Shown: one piece after another, positions 35,570 through 44,823 of the stretch
Numbering within the stretch: the stretch's first letter is position 1
Layout of the letters: the number at the start of each line of letters is the position of its first letter
NCBI GenBank assembly: GCA_009835735.1
Contig: VXWX01000076.1
Location: 420-64,419, forward strand
DNA length: 64,000 nt
Origin: Acidimicrobiaceae bacterium
GTDB taxonomy: Bacteria > Actinomycetota > Acidimicrobiia > Acidimicrobiales > Aldehydirespiratoraceae
Direction: 5' to 3'
The notes under the pieces: generated by a model
What the model saw: only the letters and a program-made list of their open reading frames with translations
What the model was told of the DNA's origin: nothing
Databases searched by the model: none
Program-made: the position numbers and the translations under genes

Positions 35570-35761
35570 GAGGGTCTCCGTTGAGGAGTGCGCTGCTGGC
35601 CTGCCCTGACTAGTGCTTAGGAGCCACTCCTATGGGGGTGGGCAGGTTGCTCCGCTGGTGCCTGTTGCATGCTGCCGGGGTCAACTTGAATCCGGGGACA
35701 GCGCTAGAGGTGCCGGGTCGGCCTGTCGCGGGCGGGGTCGGAGCACCACCAGGAGGTTGCC

Positions 35762-36550
35762 ATGACATCTACGGCTGCGGTGAGCATGCCGTCCTCCGAG
35801 GCTGAGGCGGTGGCCGCCGTAACGACGCAGCCGTTTGCGACGGTGCTGGCGGGCGGCACGCTGCTGGTGCCTCAGCACACTTTGGGCCAGGTCGAGGTGG
35901 AGCGGGCCGTGTGGCTCGGCCGGGCCGAGATGGACGGGATCTCGAGGTCGAACGGACGCATGACGGTCGGCGCGGCAGCTCCCCTCGCGGCCTGCGCGAG
36001 GCTGGATGCTCCCGTCGGTCCGTGTGCGGCCGACGTCGGAGACAACGAGGTGAAGGCCCAGGCCACCATCGGCGGCAACATCTGCTCGCCCGTCCCATAC
36101 GGCGATCTGCGCGGCCCGCTGCTGGCGCTCGGTGCGGTGCTTCGCTGGGCCGATCCCGACGGCACCCACACCGGCGGCATAGCCGACTTCGCGGCCTCAG
36201 GCGGGGCCCGGCCCGGGGTGCTGCTGCTGGACATTGCTTTCGCGGTTCCCGAGGCCGGCTCGTTCGTGGCGCTGCGGCGGCACCACACCCAGTCGTTGAC
36301 CGCCATGTCGGTGAGCGCGGTCCGCGGCGCCGACGGGAACGTGGCCATCGCGGCCACCGGCGCGGCACCGGACGCCTGCCGGCTGCTCTCGGCGGAGGCC
36401 GTGCTGGCCGGCGGCGGCTCGATCGCTGAGGCGGCGGATGCCTCCGTCGCCGATGCCGACCCCTACGACGACGTTCTGGCGTCGGCTGCCTACCGTCGGC
36501 GGGTGCTTCCCGTCTACGTCGGCCGGGCCCTCGAGCAGCTGGGAGAGTGA
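35762..36550 (+). CDS. Molybdoenzyme FAD-binding subunit (CoxM-like), second locus
   Basis: 262 aa. 'GGTLLVPQ' and 'GGNICSPVPYGDL' are typical FAD-subunit motifs. Immediately upstream of the FeS subunit. Confidence 0.75.
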   Translation: MTSTAAVSMPSSEAEAVAAVTTQPFATVLAGGTLLVPQHTLGQVEVERAVWLGRAEMDGISRSNGRMTVGAAAPLAACARLDAPVGPCAADVGDNEVKAQATIGGNICSPVPYGDLRGPLLALGAVLRWADPDGTHTGGIADFAASGGARPGVLLLDIAFAVPEAGSFVALRRHHTQSLTAMSVSAVRGADGNVAIAATGAAPDACRLLSAEAVLAGGGSIAEAADASVADADPYDDVLASAAYRRRVLPVYVGRALEQLGE

Positions 36551-36551
36551 C

Positions 36552-37073
36552 ATGGAGTTGACCGTCAATTCGGTGGCCCGGACGGTGCAGTCACCGCCGC
36601 TGAGTTCGCTGTTGACCGTGCTGCGGGAGGAGCTGGACATCACCAGCCCCAAGGCGGGCTGCGAGTCGGGTGGCTGCGGGGCGTGCACGGTGCTGGTGGA
36701 CGGCCAGCCCCGCCGGTCGTGCCTCACTGCGGTCTGCGCCGTTGACGGCGCCGAAGTCACCACCGTCGAAGGCTTGGGCACGCCCGAGGACCTGTCCAGG
36801 GTCCAGCAGGCCTTCATCCACCACTACGCCGCCCAGTGCGGGTTCTGCACCGACGGCCTGATCGTGGCGGCCACCGCCTACGTCGGCGGGGGAGGGTCGG
36901 CCGACACCGGCGACATCGGCGAGGCCCTGGCCGGGCACTACTGCCGCTGCACCGGGTACGTGAAGATCCTTGAGGCCGTGGCCGCCGTCGCCCGGGGCGA
37001 CACCTTTGACACGGCATCCACGGCGTCCAGCGCCAACAACACCTACGTGACCATCGCGGGGGCCGAGTCGTGA
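36552..37073 (+). CDS. Molybdoenzyme 2x[2Fe-2S] small subunit, second locus
   Basis: ORF 36438-37073 trimmed to ATG 36552. 'CESGGCGACTV', 'QCGFCTDG', 'CRCTGY'. Confidence 0.9.
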   Translation: MELTVNSVARTVQSPPLSSLLTVLREELDITSPKAGCESGGCGACTVLVDGQPRRSCLTAVCAVDGAEVTTVEGLGTPEDLSRVQQAFIHHYAAQCGFCTDGLIVAATAYVGGGGSADTGDIGEALAGHYCRCTGYVKILEAVAAVARGDTFDTASTASSANNTYVTIAGAES

Positions 37074-37110
37074 GAGCCGCCGACCGCTTGACACACCGAG
37101 GAGGTCAGAC

Positions 37111-38484
37111 ATGAAGGTCGTAGGAGCTCGCCTGCCTCGCTACGACGGAGTGGGCCACGTGACCGGTCGCACCACCTACGTGGACGACGTGCGGGTACCG
37201 GGCATGCTGCACGCAGCCGCCCTGCGCTCGGTGCACCACAACGCCCGGATTACCCGCCTCGACACCGGCGCAGCCGCCGCCATGGCCGGCGTGCACGCCG
37301 TGGTCACCCACGCCGACGTGCCCCTGCTGGTGTACGGCCACCTCTCCGGCGCCGGCATCCCCGGCGACGAGCCCCTGCTGGCCAAGGACCACGTGCGCTA
37401 CCGGGGCCAGCCGATCGCGCTGGTGGCAGCCGACACCGTGGACATCGCCCGGGCCGCGTGCGCCGCCATCGAAGTGGACTACGAGGAGTTGCCCGCGCTG
37501 TTCGATGTCCGCCTCGGCTTCGACGGCGACGCACCGGTGATCAACGACACCTTCGGCAACTGGTACGACCAGTACGAGGGCAACCTCGACGTCCGCCAGA
37601 TCCGCAAGGGCGACATCGATGCGGCCATGGACGCGGCCGACCTCATCGTGTCGGGCGTCTACCGGACCCAGTCCGTGGAGCAGGTCCCCCTGGAGACCCA
37701 GGTTTGCGTGGCCATTCCCGAGCCTGACGGGCGCCTCACCATCCACACCTGCACCCAGGCCATGTACTTCTCGCTGGGCGTGGTGTGCTCGCACCTCCAG
37801 CTGCCCATGAGCCAGGTCAAGATGGTGGGCGGCACCGTCGGCGGCGGCTTCGGCGGCAAGGTTGACACCGCCTCGGACACGCTGACCGCGCTGGCCGCGC
37901 AGAAGTCGGGGCAGCCCGTCAAGTGGCGCTGGACCCGAGAGGAGGAGATGCTCGCCTCGGGCAACCGCGGTCCCTGGCACATGGAGATCATCGACGCGGT
38001 CACGAGCGACGGGTGGATCCTGGGCCGCAAGATGCTCACCATCCACGACGCCGGCGCCTACGGACGTTTCTCGGTGTACGGCCTGACCAAGCACAGCTTC
38101 CACCACACCGGCGCATACAGCATCCCCAACCTGCACTTCGACGGCTACGTGGTGTTCACCAACAAGATTCCCACCACGGCCATGCGGGGCTACGGCGTCA
38201 CCGGCCTGTCCACCGCCATCGAGGTGCACGCCGAGCGGGTCGCCAAGGAGCTGGGCATGGACCCCTACGAGTTCCGGCTCAAGAACGCCAACCGGGTCAA
38301 CGACACCTCGCCCAACCGCATCGCCTACGAGGATCCCAGCACGGTGGAGGTGCTCCAGTCCCTGGCGGCCGCCACCGGTGTCGAGTTGGGCGACGGGTTG
38401 CGGGCGATGACCAGGGAGCAGCGCTCCGGCGACATGCTGCCGGACCACTTGGTGGCCCAGATCGGATCAGGAGGAGGTCACTGA
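37111..38484 (+). CDS. Molybdopterin-binding subunit, N-terminal half (split large subunit)
   Basis: 457 aa. 'RLPRYDGVGHVTGRTTYVDD' hammerhead start and 'AMRGYG' loop. Ends where the unsplit paralogue (1486-3747) continues. Confidence 0.85.
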   Translation: MKVVGARLPRYDGVGHVTGRTTYVDDVRVPGMLHAAALRSVHHNARITRLDTGAAAAMAGVHAVVTHADVPLLVYGHLSGAGIPGDEPLLAKDHVRYRGQPIALVAADTVDIARAACAAIEVDYEELPALFDVRLGFDGDAPVINDTFGNWYDQYEGNLDVRQIRKGDIDAAMDAADLIVSGVYRTQSVEQVPLETQVCVAIPEPDGRLTIHTCTQAMYFSLGVVCSHLQLPMSQVKMVGGTVGGGFGGKVDTASDTLTALAAQKSGQPVKWRWTREEEMLASGNRGPWHMEIIDAVTSDGWILGRKMLTIHDAGAYGRFSVYGLTKHSFHHTGAYSIPNLHFDGYVVFTNKIPTTAMRGYGVTGLSTAIEVHAERVAKELGMDPYEFRLKNANRVNDTSPNRIAYEDPSTVEVLQSLAAATGVELGDGLRAMTREQRSGDMLPDHLVAQIGSGGGH

Positions 38485-39584
38485 TGGCTGTGCATCGAGG
38501 CAAGGGCCTCGCCACCGTCGAGTACCCGACGGGCATGAACCAGAACGGCGATCCGTCGCAGGCCTGGATCAAGGTCAAGCCCGACGGCCGGGTGGACGTG
38601 TTCTCGGGCACGGCCGACATCGGCAACGGCTCCAAGACCGTCCAGTCGCAGATCGTGGCCGAGACGATCGGCGTGCCCTACGACTGGGTCACCTACGACA
38701 ACTCCAACACCGACTCCTCGCCCATGTGCACCGGGACCTTCGCCTCGCGGGCCACCTTCGTGGCCGGCAACGCGGTGCTCAAGGCGGCCCGCCAGGTGCG
38801 TGAGCGCATCCTGGCGGTGGCGTCGCGCGAACTGGAGATCGACCCGGCCGACCTCGAGGTGGCCGACGGCTCGGTGTCGGTCAAGGGCACGCCCGCCAAG
38901 TCGATGGGCGTGGACGAGGTGGCCGGGGCGGCCACCTTCGTGCACGGTGAGCTGCTCACCGGCGACGGCGCCCACCTCAACCCGGGCGCGGCCATCATCG
39001 ACCCCACCACCGGGGAGGTGGACAAGCCGCCCCACGCAGCCATCTCCTACGCGGCCTGCACGGCCGAAGTCGAGGTGGACGACGAGACCGGGGACGTGCG
39101 GGTGCTGAGCCTCACCCAGGCCTACGACATCGGCCGGGCCATGAACCCCACCCTGGTTGAGGGCCAGATCGACGGCGGCGCGGTCATGGGCCTGGGTTTC
39201 GGTCTGCTGGAGGACTGCTATCCCTACTATCCGACCGCCGAGCATCGGGGCGACGGCATGAACACCTACCACGTGCCGACCATGGCCGAGCTCCCCGAGA
39301 TCAAGAACGTGCTGATGGAGAACCCGTCCTCGGGCGGCCCCTACGGGGCCAAGGGCATCGGCGAGATGTCCAACAACGCCCAGCCCGCCGCCATCGCCAA
39401 CGCCATCCACGACGCTGTGGGCGTGTGGGTCACGGAGTTCCCCATCACCCCCGAGCGGGTGCTGGCCGCCCTCGACGCCAAGAGCGAGGGCCGCAGCGAG
39501 CCCCGCCGCGAGGGCCGGGTGGTGGCTTTCGACGAGGAGCTGTCGATCAACAGCTTCACGTCGGCCAAGACCTGGGGGGCGTGA
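38484..39584 (+). CDS. Molybdopterin-binding subunit, C-terminal half (split large subunit)
   Basis: 366 aa. ATG overlaps the upstream stop (TGATG) and has GGAGGAGG upstream. 'HRGKGLATVEYPTG' aligns with 'NQGRGLAAGYWFNIG' at about aa 435 of the unsplit paralogue. 'PYGAKGIGE' near the C-terminus. Confidence 0.85.
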   Translation: MAVHRGKGLATVEYPTGMNQNGDPSQAWIKVKPDGRVDVFSGTADIGNGSKTVQSQIVAETIGVPYDWVTYDNSNTDSSPMCTGTFASRATFVAGNAVLKAARQVRERILAVASRELEIDPADLEVADGSVSVKGTPAKSMGVDEVAGAATFVHGELLTGDGAHLNPGAAIIDPTTGEVDKPPHAAISYAACTAEVEVDDETGDVRVLSLTQAYDIGRAMNPTLVEGQIDGGAVMGLGFGLLEDCYPYYPTAEHRGDGMNTYHVPTMAELPEIKNVLMENPSSGGPYGAKGIGEMSNNAQPAAIANAIHDAVGVWVTEFPITPERVLAALDAKSEGRSEPRREGRVVAFDEELSINSFTSAKTWGA

Positions 39585-39627
39585 CGTCTCGACACATTCT
39601 TCCAAACCGCTAACAGGAGGCTGAACA

Positions 39628-40539
39628 ATGACCCTGCGCGCCAATGACGACAGATTCTGGGGGCTCGTTGACCGGGACGCCGCGGTCGAGGTGATCGGCA
39701 GCGGCTTCACCTTCACCGAGGGTCCGATCTGGCATCCCCGGGACCACTACCTGTTGTTCTCCGACATGCCCGGCGACGTGCGCCGCCGCTGGCAGGACGG
39801 GGAGGTGACCGAGACGCGGCGGCCGGCCGACAAGTGCAACGGCATGACCTACGACGCCGACCTCAACCTGATCGTGTGCGAGCACTCCACCTCCAAGGTG
39901 ATGCGCGAGCGCCCCGACGGCAGTCGCGAGACGGTGGCCTCGCACTTTGAGGGAGTGGAGCTGAACAGCCCCAACGACGTGGTGGTCCGGGCCGACGGCA
40001 CGATCTACTTCTCCGACCCGTGGTATGGCCGCATGCCCGGCTTCGGCTTGGAGCGGCCCCGCGAGCTGGGTTGGCAGGGCGTGTTCCGGGTAGCGCCCGG
40101 CGCCGACGGCGCCACGCAGCTCTGCGTGGACCAGGACACCTTCGACCAGCCCAACGGCCTCTGCTTCTCGCCCGACGAATCGCTGCTGTACATCAACGAC
40201 ACCACCCACGCGCTGGTGCGGGTCTACAGCGTGAACGCCGACGGCTCCCTCGACGGTGGCGACGTGTTCGTCGACGGACTGTCCGACGACGACGTGGCCG
40301 GCGTGCCCGACGGCATGAAGTGCGATGAGCAGGGCAACATCTGGGTGACGGGCCCGGGCGGCGTCTGGGTGTTCGACTCCGACGCCAACCACCTCGGGGT
40401 CGTCGAGATCGACGAGGTGGTGGCCAACCTGCACTGGGGAGGACCCGACTTCCACACCCTGTTCTTCGCGTCGTCCACGTCGGTGCGCTCGCTGCCGACC
40501 ATCGTCGGCCCCCACGTCGAGGCGTTCATGCGGGCCTGA
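39628..40539 (+). CDS. SMP-30/gluconolactonase/LRE-family protein
   Basis: 303 aa, with AGGAGG SD. 'TEGPIWHP', 'NSPNDVVVRADGTIYFSDP' and 'PNGLCFSPDE' are typical six-blade lactonase motifs. Confidence 0.8.
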   Translation: MTLRANDDRFWGLVDRDAAVEVIGSGFTFTEGPIWHPRDHYLLFSDMPGDVRRRWQDGEVTETRRPADKCNGMTYDADLNLIVCEHSTSKVMRERPDGSRETVASHFEGVELNSPNDVVVRADGTIYFSDPWYGRMPGFGLERPRELGWQGVFRVAPGADGATQLCVDQDTFDQPNGLCFSPDESLLYINDTTHALVRVYSVNADGSLDGGDVFVDGLSDDDVAGVPDGMKCDEQGNIWVTGPGGVWVFDSDANHLGVVEIDEVVANLHWGGPDFHTLFFASSTSVRSLPTIVGPHVEAFMRA

Positions 40540-40622
40540 CGGTCCGGCCGAGCGAGTCGACGGCACCCGAGACTCCCGGCATCCACCACTCAATCTGAAG
40601 GAGCCAATCCGAAGGAGGCCCT

Positions 40623-41231
40623 ATGGCAATGGAACTAGACCCCGGACGTTGCGCCCTGATCATCCAGGACATGCAGAACGCGTCCATCACCGAGGGCGGC
40701 GCGTTCTCGACGCCCGAGTCCCGCGCCCATCACGCCGAGCAGAACCTCGAAGCCAACATCAATCGGCTCGCCGATCGCTGCCGGGAGCTCGGCATCCCGG
40801 TTCTGCACGTCTGGTTCATCGTGGAGCCGGGCTCGCCGGGCTTCAAGGTGAACGCGGGCCTCTTCGATGCGGTGGCCTCGTCGGGCAGCCTCGACCGAGG
40901 CTCATGGGGAGCCGAGCCGTCCGCGGCCACGGCCCCGAAGGAAGGCGACTTCATCATCGAGAAGATGCGCATGAGCGCGTTCCATGACACCAAGCTCGAC
41001 ACGATGCTCAAGGGCTTCGGGCGGGACACGTTGATCCTGAGCGGTGTGCTCACCAACATGGCCATGTCCCATACGGCCCGCACCGGCGCCGACCTCGGGT
41101 ACTACGTCGTGTTCCCGGAGGACGCGGCCGGCTCGTTCGACGGTGAGTGGCACCGGGTGGCGGTCGACTACGCCCTCCAGAACGTCTCCACCGTCACCGA
41201 CACCGACACAGTCCTGGCCGCCCTCGCCTGA
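40623..41231 (+). CDS. Isochorismatase-family hydrolase (nucleophile Cys apparently absent)
   Basis: 202 aa. 'ALIIQDMQN' (Asp) and 'IIEKMRMSAF' (Lys), but 'GVLTNMAMSHTA' where the family normally has T-x-x-C-V. Confidence 0.75.
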   Translation: MAMELDPGRCALIIQDMQNASITEGGAFSTPESRAHHAEQNLEANINRLADRCRELGIPVLHVWFIVEPGSPGFKVNAGLFDAVASSGSLDRGSWGAEPSAATAPKEGDFIIEKMRMSAFHDTKLDTMLKGFGRDTLILSGVLTNMAMSHTARTGADLGYYVVFPEDAAGSFDGEWHRVAVDYALQNVSTVTDTDTVLAALA

Positions 41232-41240
41232 ATCAACCGG

Positions 41241-41286
41241 AATTGGCAGCATTGCGACCCCTATAGGGGGCAATCTGCTGCCAGTT
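41241..41286 (+). repeat. REP-like nested-hairpin repeat, copy 5
   Basis: AATTGGCAGC ATTGC ga CCCC TATA GGGG GCAAT ct GCTGCCAGTT. Confidence 0.85.
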
Positions 41287-41326
41287 CGCGGGACGGGGTG
41301 GCGCCGTAGCCGGGGCGTGGCACGCT

Positions 41327-41674
41327 ATGGCGGTGACCGCGGCCGCCGAACCTGACACCTCGCACCCCGGCGCGTCGCCCCAAGTCCCGGCCGAGCGGGT
41401 CTTCAGCACTTCGGTGGTGGTGTCGGGGGTGCGCTGCTTCCTGTTCTACGTGCTGTTCCCGTGGCTGCTGCCCGCGGCCGGCATCGCCTCGGGAGTGGGC
41501 TCGGGCATCGGCCTGGCCATCGGCGGGGTGGCCATCGTGTTCAACGTCCTGAGCATCCGCCGCTTCCAGCGGACCAGGCATCGCTACCGGTGGCTGATCT
41601 TCGCGCTCAACGCGGGGATCATCGTGCTGCTGACGGTCCTGATGGTGATCGACCTCAACGACCTCCTCGGCTGA
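41327..41674 (+). CDS. Small hypothetical membrane protein
   Basis: 115 aa with three hydrophobic segments. Ends 3 nt before the mutase start codon. No family recognised. Confidence 0.4.
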   Translation: MAVTAAAEPDTSHPGASPQVPAERVFSTSVVVSGVRCFLFYVLFPWLLPAAGIASGVGSGIGLAIGGVAIVFNVLSIRRFQRTRHRYRWLIFALNAGIIVLLTVLMVIDLNDLLG

Positions 41675-41677
41675 GCT

Positions 41678-43840
41678 GTGACCACGATCCCGGACTTCTC
41701 GCTGGTCGAGCTTCACGACGGTGGGGCTGCCGGCCAACCGCCGGCCGCCGCCATCGACCCGGTGCCGTTCGAGACGCCCGAGGGCATCGGTGTCCCGCCC
41801 CTGGCCGGCCCCGACGACCTCACCGGCGCCGACTTCGTGTCGAGCTATCCGGGTCTGCCGCCGTTCGTTCGAGGGCCCTACCCCACGATGTACGTGACCC
41901 GGCCCTGGACGATCCGCCAGTACGCGGGGTTCTCCACCGCTGAGGAATCCAACGCCTTCTACCGACGCAACCTGGCTGCCGGCCAGCGGGGCCTGTCGGT
42001 CGCCTTCGACCTCCCCACCCACCGGGGCTATGACTCCGACAACCCCCGGGTGGCCGGAGACGTCGGCATGGCCGGGGTGGCCATCGACTCGATCCTCGAC
42101 ATGCGGATCCTGTTCGACAGCATCCCGCTGGACAAGATGACGGTGTCGATGACCATGAACGGCGCGGTGTTGCCGGTGCTCGCCCTCTATGTGGTGGCCG
42201 CGGAGGAGCAGGGCGTCGAGCCCGAGCAACTTGCCGGGACCATCCAGAACGACATCCTCAAGGAGTTCATGGTCCGCAACACGTTCATCTACCCGCCGGC
42301 ACCGTCGATGAGGATCGTGGCCGACATCATCGCCTTCACCGCCGAGCGGATGCGGAGGTTCAACTCGATCTCGGTCTCCGGCTACCACATGCAGGAGGCG
42401 GGAGCCACCCTCGACATCGAGCTGGCCTACACGCTCGCCAACGGCGTGGAATACACCCGGGCCGGGCTCGCCGCGGGGTTGGACATCGACGAGTTCGCCC
42501 CCCGGCTCAGCTTCTTCTGGTGCGTGGGCATGAACTTCTTCATGGAGGTGGCCAAGCTGCGGGCGGCCCGGCTGCTGTGGACCCGGCTGATGAGCCAGTT
42601 CGATCCTCGCGACCCACGCTCGCTGTGCCTGCGGACCCACTGCCAGACCAGCGGCTGGAGCCTCACCGCCCAGGATCCCTACAACAACGTGGTCCGCACC
42701 TGCGTCGAGGCAATGGCGGCCACCCAGGGCCACACGCAGTCGCTGCACACCAACGCATTCGACGAGGCGCTGGCCCTGCCCTCCGACTTCTCGGCCCGCA
42801 TTGCCCGCAACACGCAGCTGTTCCTCCAGCACGAGTCGGGCATCACCCGCACCGTCGACCCGTGGGGCGGCAGCTACCACGTGGAGCGGCTCACCAAGCT
42901 GCTGGCCGAGCGGGCCTGGGCCCACATCTGTGAGGTCGAGGAGCTGGGGGGGATGGCCGCGGCGATCTCCACCGGCCTTCCCAAGCTCCGGATCGAGGAG
43001 GCCGCCGCCCGGACCCAGGCTCGCATCGACTCGGGCCGCCAGGCTGTGGTCGGCGTGAACCGCTACCGCGTCGAAGACGGCGGGAGCGCTTCGGTGGAGG
43101 TCCGCCGGATCGACAACGCCGAGGTGCGCCGGCGGCAGATCGCTCGGCTCGAGCAGCTGCGGGCCGGGCGGGACACCGCACGCCTGCGGGCGGCTCTGGA
43201 CGCCCTGACGGCGGCCGCCCGCACCGGTTCGGGAAACCTGCTGGCGCTGTCGATCGACGCGGCCCGGGCCCACGCGACGGTCGGAGAGATCAGCGACGCC
43301 CTCGAAACCGTCTACGGTCGTCATGTGGCCGAGATCAGATCGGTAGAGGGCGTGTACCGCGAGGAGGCGCGACCGGTGGACTCCGGCGGGGACGACTGCG
43401 ACGTGGGCATCGATGCTGTGAGGGCCCGGGTGGACGAGTTCGCCGACCGGCATGGCCGCCGTCCCCGGATCCTGGTGGCGAAGGTGGGGCAGGACGGTCA
43501 CGACCGGGGGCAGAAGGTGATCGCTACCGCTTTCGCCGATCTCGGCTTCGACGTGGACGTGGGCCCGCTGTTCGCCACGCCCGCCGAGGTCGCCCGCCAG
43601 GCGGTGGAGGCCGACGTGCACGTGGTCGGGGTGTCGACGCTGGCAGCGGGCCATCTCACCCTCGTGCCCCAGCTGCGCGACAAGCTAGAGGAGCTGGGCC
43701 GGGGCGACATTGCCATCGTGGTAGGCGGGGTCGTCCCCGCTGCCGACGTCGACGAGCTGCTGGCCGCGGGCGCGGTTGCGGTCTACCCGCCGGGCACGGT
43801 GGTCTCAGAGGCCGCCATCGAGCTGCTGGAGCACCTCTAG
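41678..43840 (+). CDS. Methylmalonyl-CoA mutase, catalytic plus B12-binding domains in one chain
   Basis: 720 aa, GTG start. '[42 protein letters not shown]', '[20 protein letters not shown]' (Tyr/Arg signature of MCM rather than ICM), B12 motif 'GQDGHDRG'. Confidence 0.9.
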   Translation: MTTIPDFSLVELHDGGAAGQPPAAAIDPVPFETPEGIGVPPLAGPDDLTGADFVSSYPGLPPFVRGPYPTMYVTRPWTIRQYAGFSTAEESNAFYRRNLAAGQRGLSVAFDLPTHRGYDSDNPRVAGDVGMAGVAIDSILDMRILFDSIPLDKMTVSMTMNGAVLPVLALYVVAAEEQGVEPEQLAGTIQNDILKEFMVRNTFIYPPAPSMRIVADIIAFTAERMRRFNSISVSGYHMQEAGATLDIELAYTLANGVEYTRAGLAAGLDIDEFAPRLSFFWCVGMNFFMEVAKLRAARLLWTRLMSQFDPRDPRSLCLRTHCQTSGWSLTAQDPYNNVVRTCVEAMAATQGHTQSLHTNAFDEALALPSDFSARIARNTQLFLQHESGITRTVDPWGGSYHVERLTKLLAERAWAHICEVEELGGMAAAISTGLPKLRIEEAAARTQARIDSGRQAVVGVNRYRVEDGGSASVEVRRIDNAEVRRRQIARLEQLRAGRDTARLRAALDALTAAARTGSGNLLALSIDAARAHATVGEISDALETVYGRHVAEIRSVEGVYREEARPVDSGGDDCDVGIDAVRARVDEFADRHGRRPRILVAKVGQDGHDRGQKVIATAFADLGFDVDVGPLFATPAEVARQAVEADVHVVGVSTLAAGHLTLVPQLRDKLEELGRGDIAIVVGGVVPAADVDELLAAGAVAVYPPGTVVSEAAIELLEHL

Positions 43841-43842
43841 GC

Positions 43843-44802
43843 ATGGACGACCTGGTCGCCGGCGTGCGGGCGGGCGACCGCACCTCGATGGGCCGCGCCA
43901 TCACCCTGGTGGAGTCGACGCGGCCCGAAGACCGCCGGCAGGCCCAGGCGCTGCTGGCCGAGCTGCTCCCCCACGCGGGGGGAGCCCACCGGGTGGGCAT
44001 CAGCGGCGTACCCGGAGCGGGCAAGTCGACGCTCATCGACTCTCTGGGCATCCGGCTCACACGCGCCGGCCACCGGGTGGGCGTGCTGGCCGTCGATCCC
44101 TCGAGCATGGTCACCGGTGGATCGATCCTGGGTGACAAGACCCGCATGGCCACCCTCGCGGCCGACGAGAACGCCTTCATCCGGCCGTCACCGTCGGCGG
44201 GGACGCTCGGCGGCGTCACCAGCACCACCCCTCACGCGATCACCGTGCTGGAAGCGGCCGGCTACGACGTGGTGCTGGTAGAGACTATGGGCGTCGGCCA
44301 GTCGGAGGCGGCCGTGCACGCTTCGGTCGATTGCCTCTGCGTGCTGGTTCTGGCCGGTGCTGGCGACGAGTTGCAGACGGTCAAGAGGGGCCTGCTGGAG
44401 CTGGCCGATGTCCTTGCGGTCAACAAGGCCGACGGCGACAACGAGCAGGCGGCCCGTTTGGCCGCGGCCGAGTTCCGGCGGGCCCTGCCCCTGCTGGCCC
44501 CGACGAGCGGGGAGGGTCCTCCACCGGTGATGGCGGTTTCGGCCGTGACCGGCGCGGGTGTGGACGAGCTGTGGGACCGCATCGTCGAGCACCGTCGCAC
44601 GCTCGAAGCCTCCGGCGCCCTGGCTGCACGTAGAGCCCGGGGACGCCTGGCCTGGATGCGAGTGCTACTGGAGCGCCGCCTTGTCGAGCGGTTCGATTCG
44701 CAACCCGGTCTGGCCGACCGCCGAGCCGAACTCGAACACGCCGTCGAGCAGGGCCAAATCACTCCGGAGGCCGCCGTCGATCAGCTCCTGTCGGCGTCCT
44801 GA
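43843..44802 (+). CDS. meaB: Methylmalonyl-CoA mutase-associated GTPase
   Basis: 'GVPGAGKST', 'ETMGVGQSE', 'NKAD'. Starts 2 nt after the mutase stop. Confidence 0.9.
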   Translation: MDDLVAGVRAGDRTSMGRAITLVESTRPEDRRQAQALLAELLPHAGGAHRVGISGVPGAGKSTLIDSLGIRLTRAGHRVGVLAVDPSSMVTGGSILGDKTRMATLAADENAFIRPSPSAGTLGGVTSTTPHAITVLEAAGYDVVLVETMGVGQSEAAVHASVDCLCVLVLAGAGDELQTVKRGLLELADVLAVNKADGDNEQAARLAAAEFRRALPLLAPTSGEGPPPVMAVSAVTGAGVDELWDRIVEHRRTLEASGALAARRARGRLAWMRVLLERRLVERFDSQPGLADRRAELEHAVEQGQITPEAAVDQLLSAS

Positions 44803-44823
44803 GCCCAGTCGCCCGGCTGGGCT
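44802..44823. terminator. Hairpin spanning two convergent stop codons (possible bidirectional terminator)
   Basis: AGCCCAG tcgcccgg CTGGGCT, a 7-bp stem between meaB (+) and the crp-family gene (-). Confidence 0.35.

Noticed and set aside
35600-35690. Additional REP-like copy upstream of the second molybdoenzyme locus ('ggagccactcctatgggggtgggcaggttgctcc').
   Set aside because: It shares only the 'CCTATGGGGG' core and a short GGAGC/GCTCC stem and lacks both AATTGGCAGC/GCTGCCAGTT arms. That is too weak to count without a covariance-model score.
37111-39584. Split Moco subunit as a frameshifted or nonsense pseudogene.
   Set aside because: The junction is a clean TGATG stop/start overlap with a strong GGAGGAGG SD. 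Both halves are full-length relative to the unsplit paralogue and there is no other disruption. This looks like a designed two-cistron arrangement.
41678-43840. Isobutyryl-CoA mutase or IcmF-type fused mutase instead of methylmalonyl-CoA mutase.
   Set aside because: The substrate-discriminating positions read 'RQYAGF' (Tyr) and 'MVRNT' (Arg), as in methylmalonyl-CoA mutases. ICM-type enzymes have Phe and Gln there. The G-protein is a separate gene (meaB), not fused.
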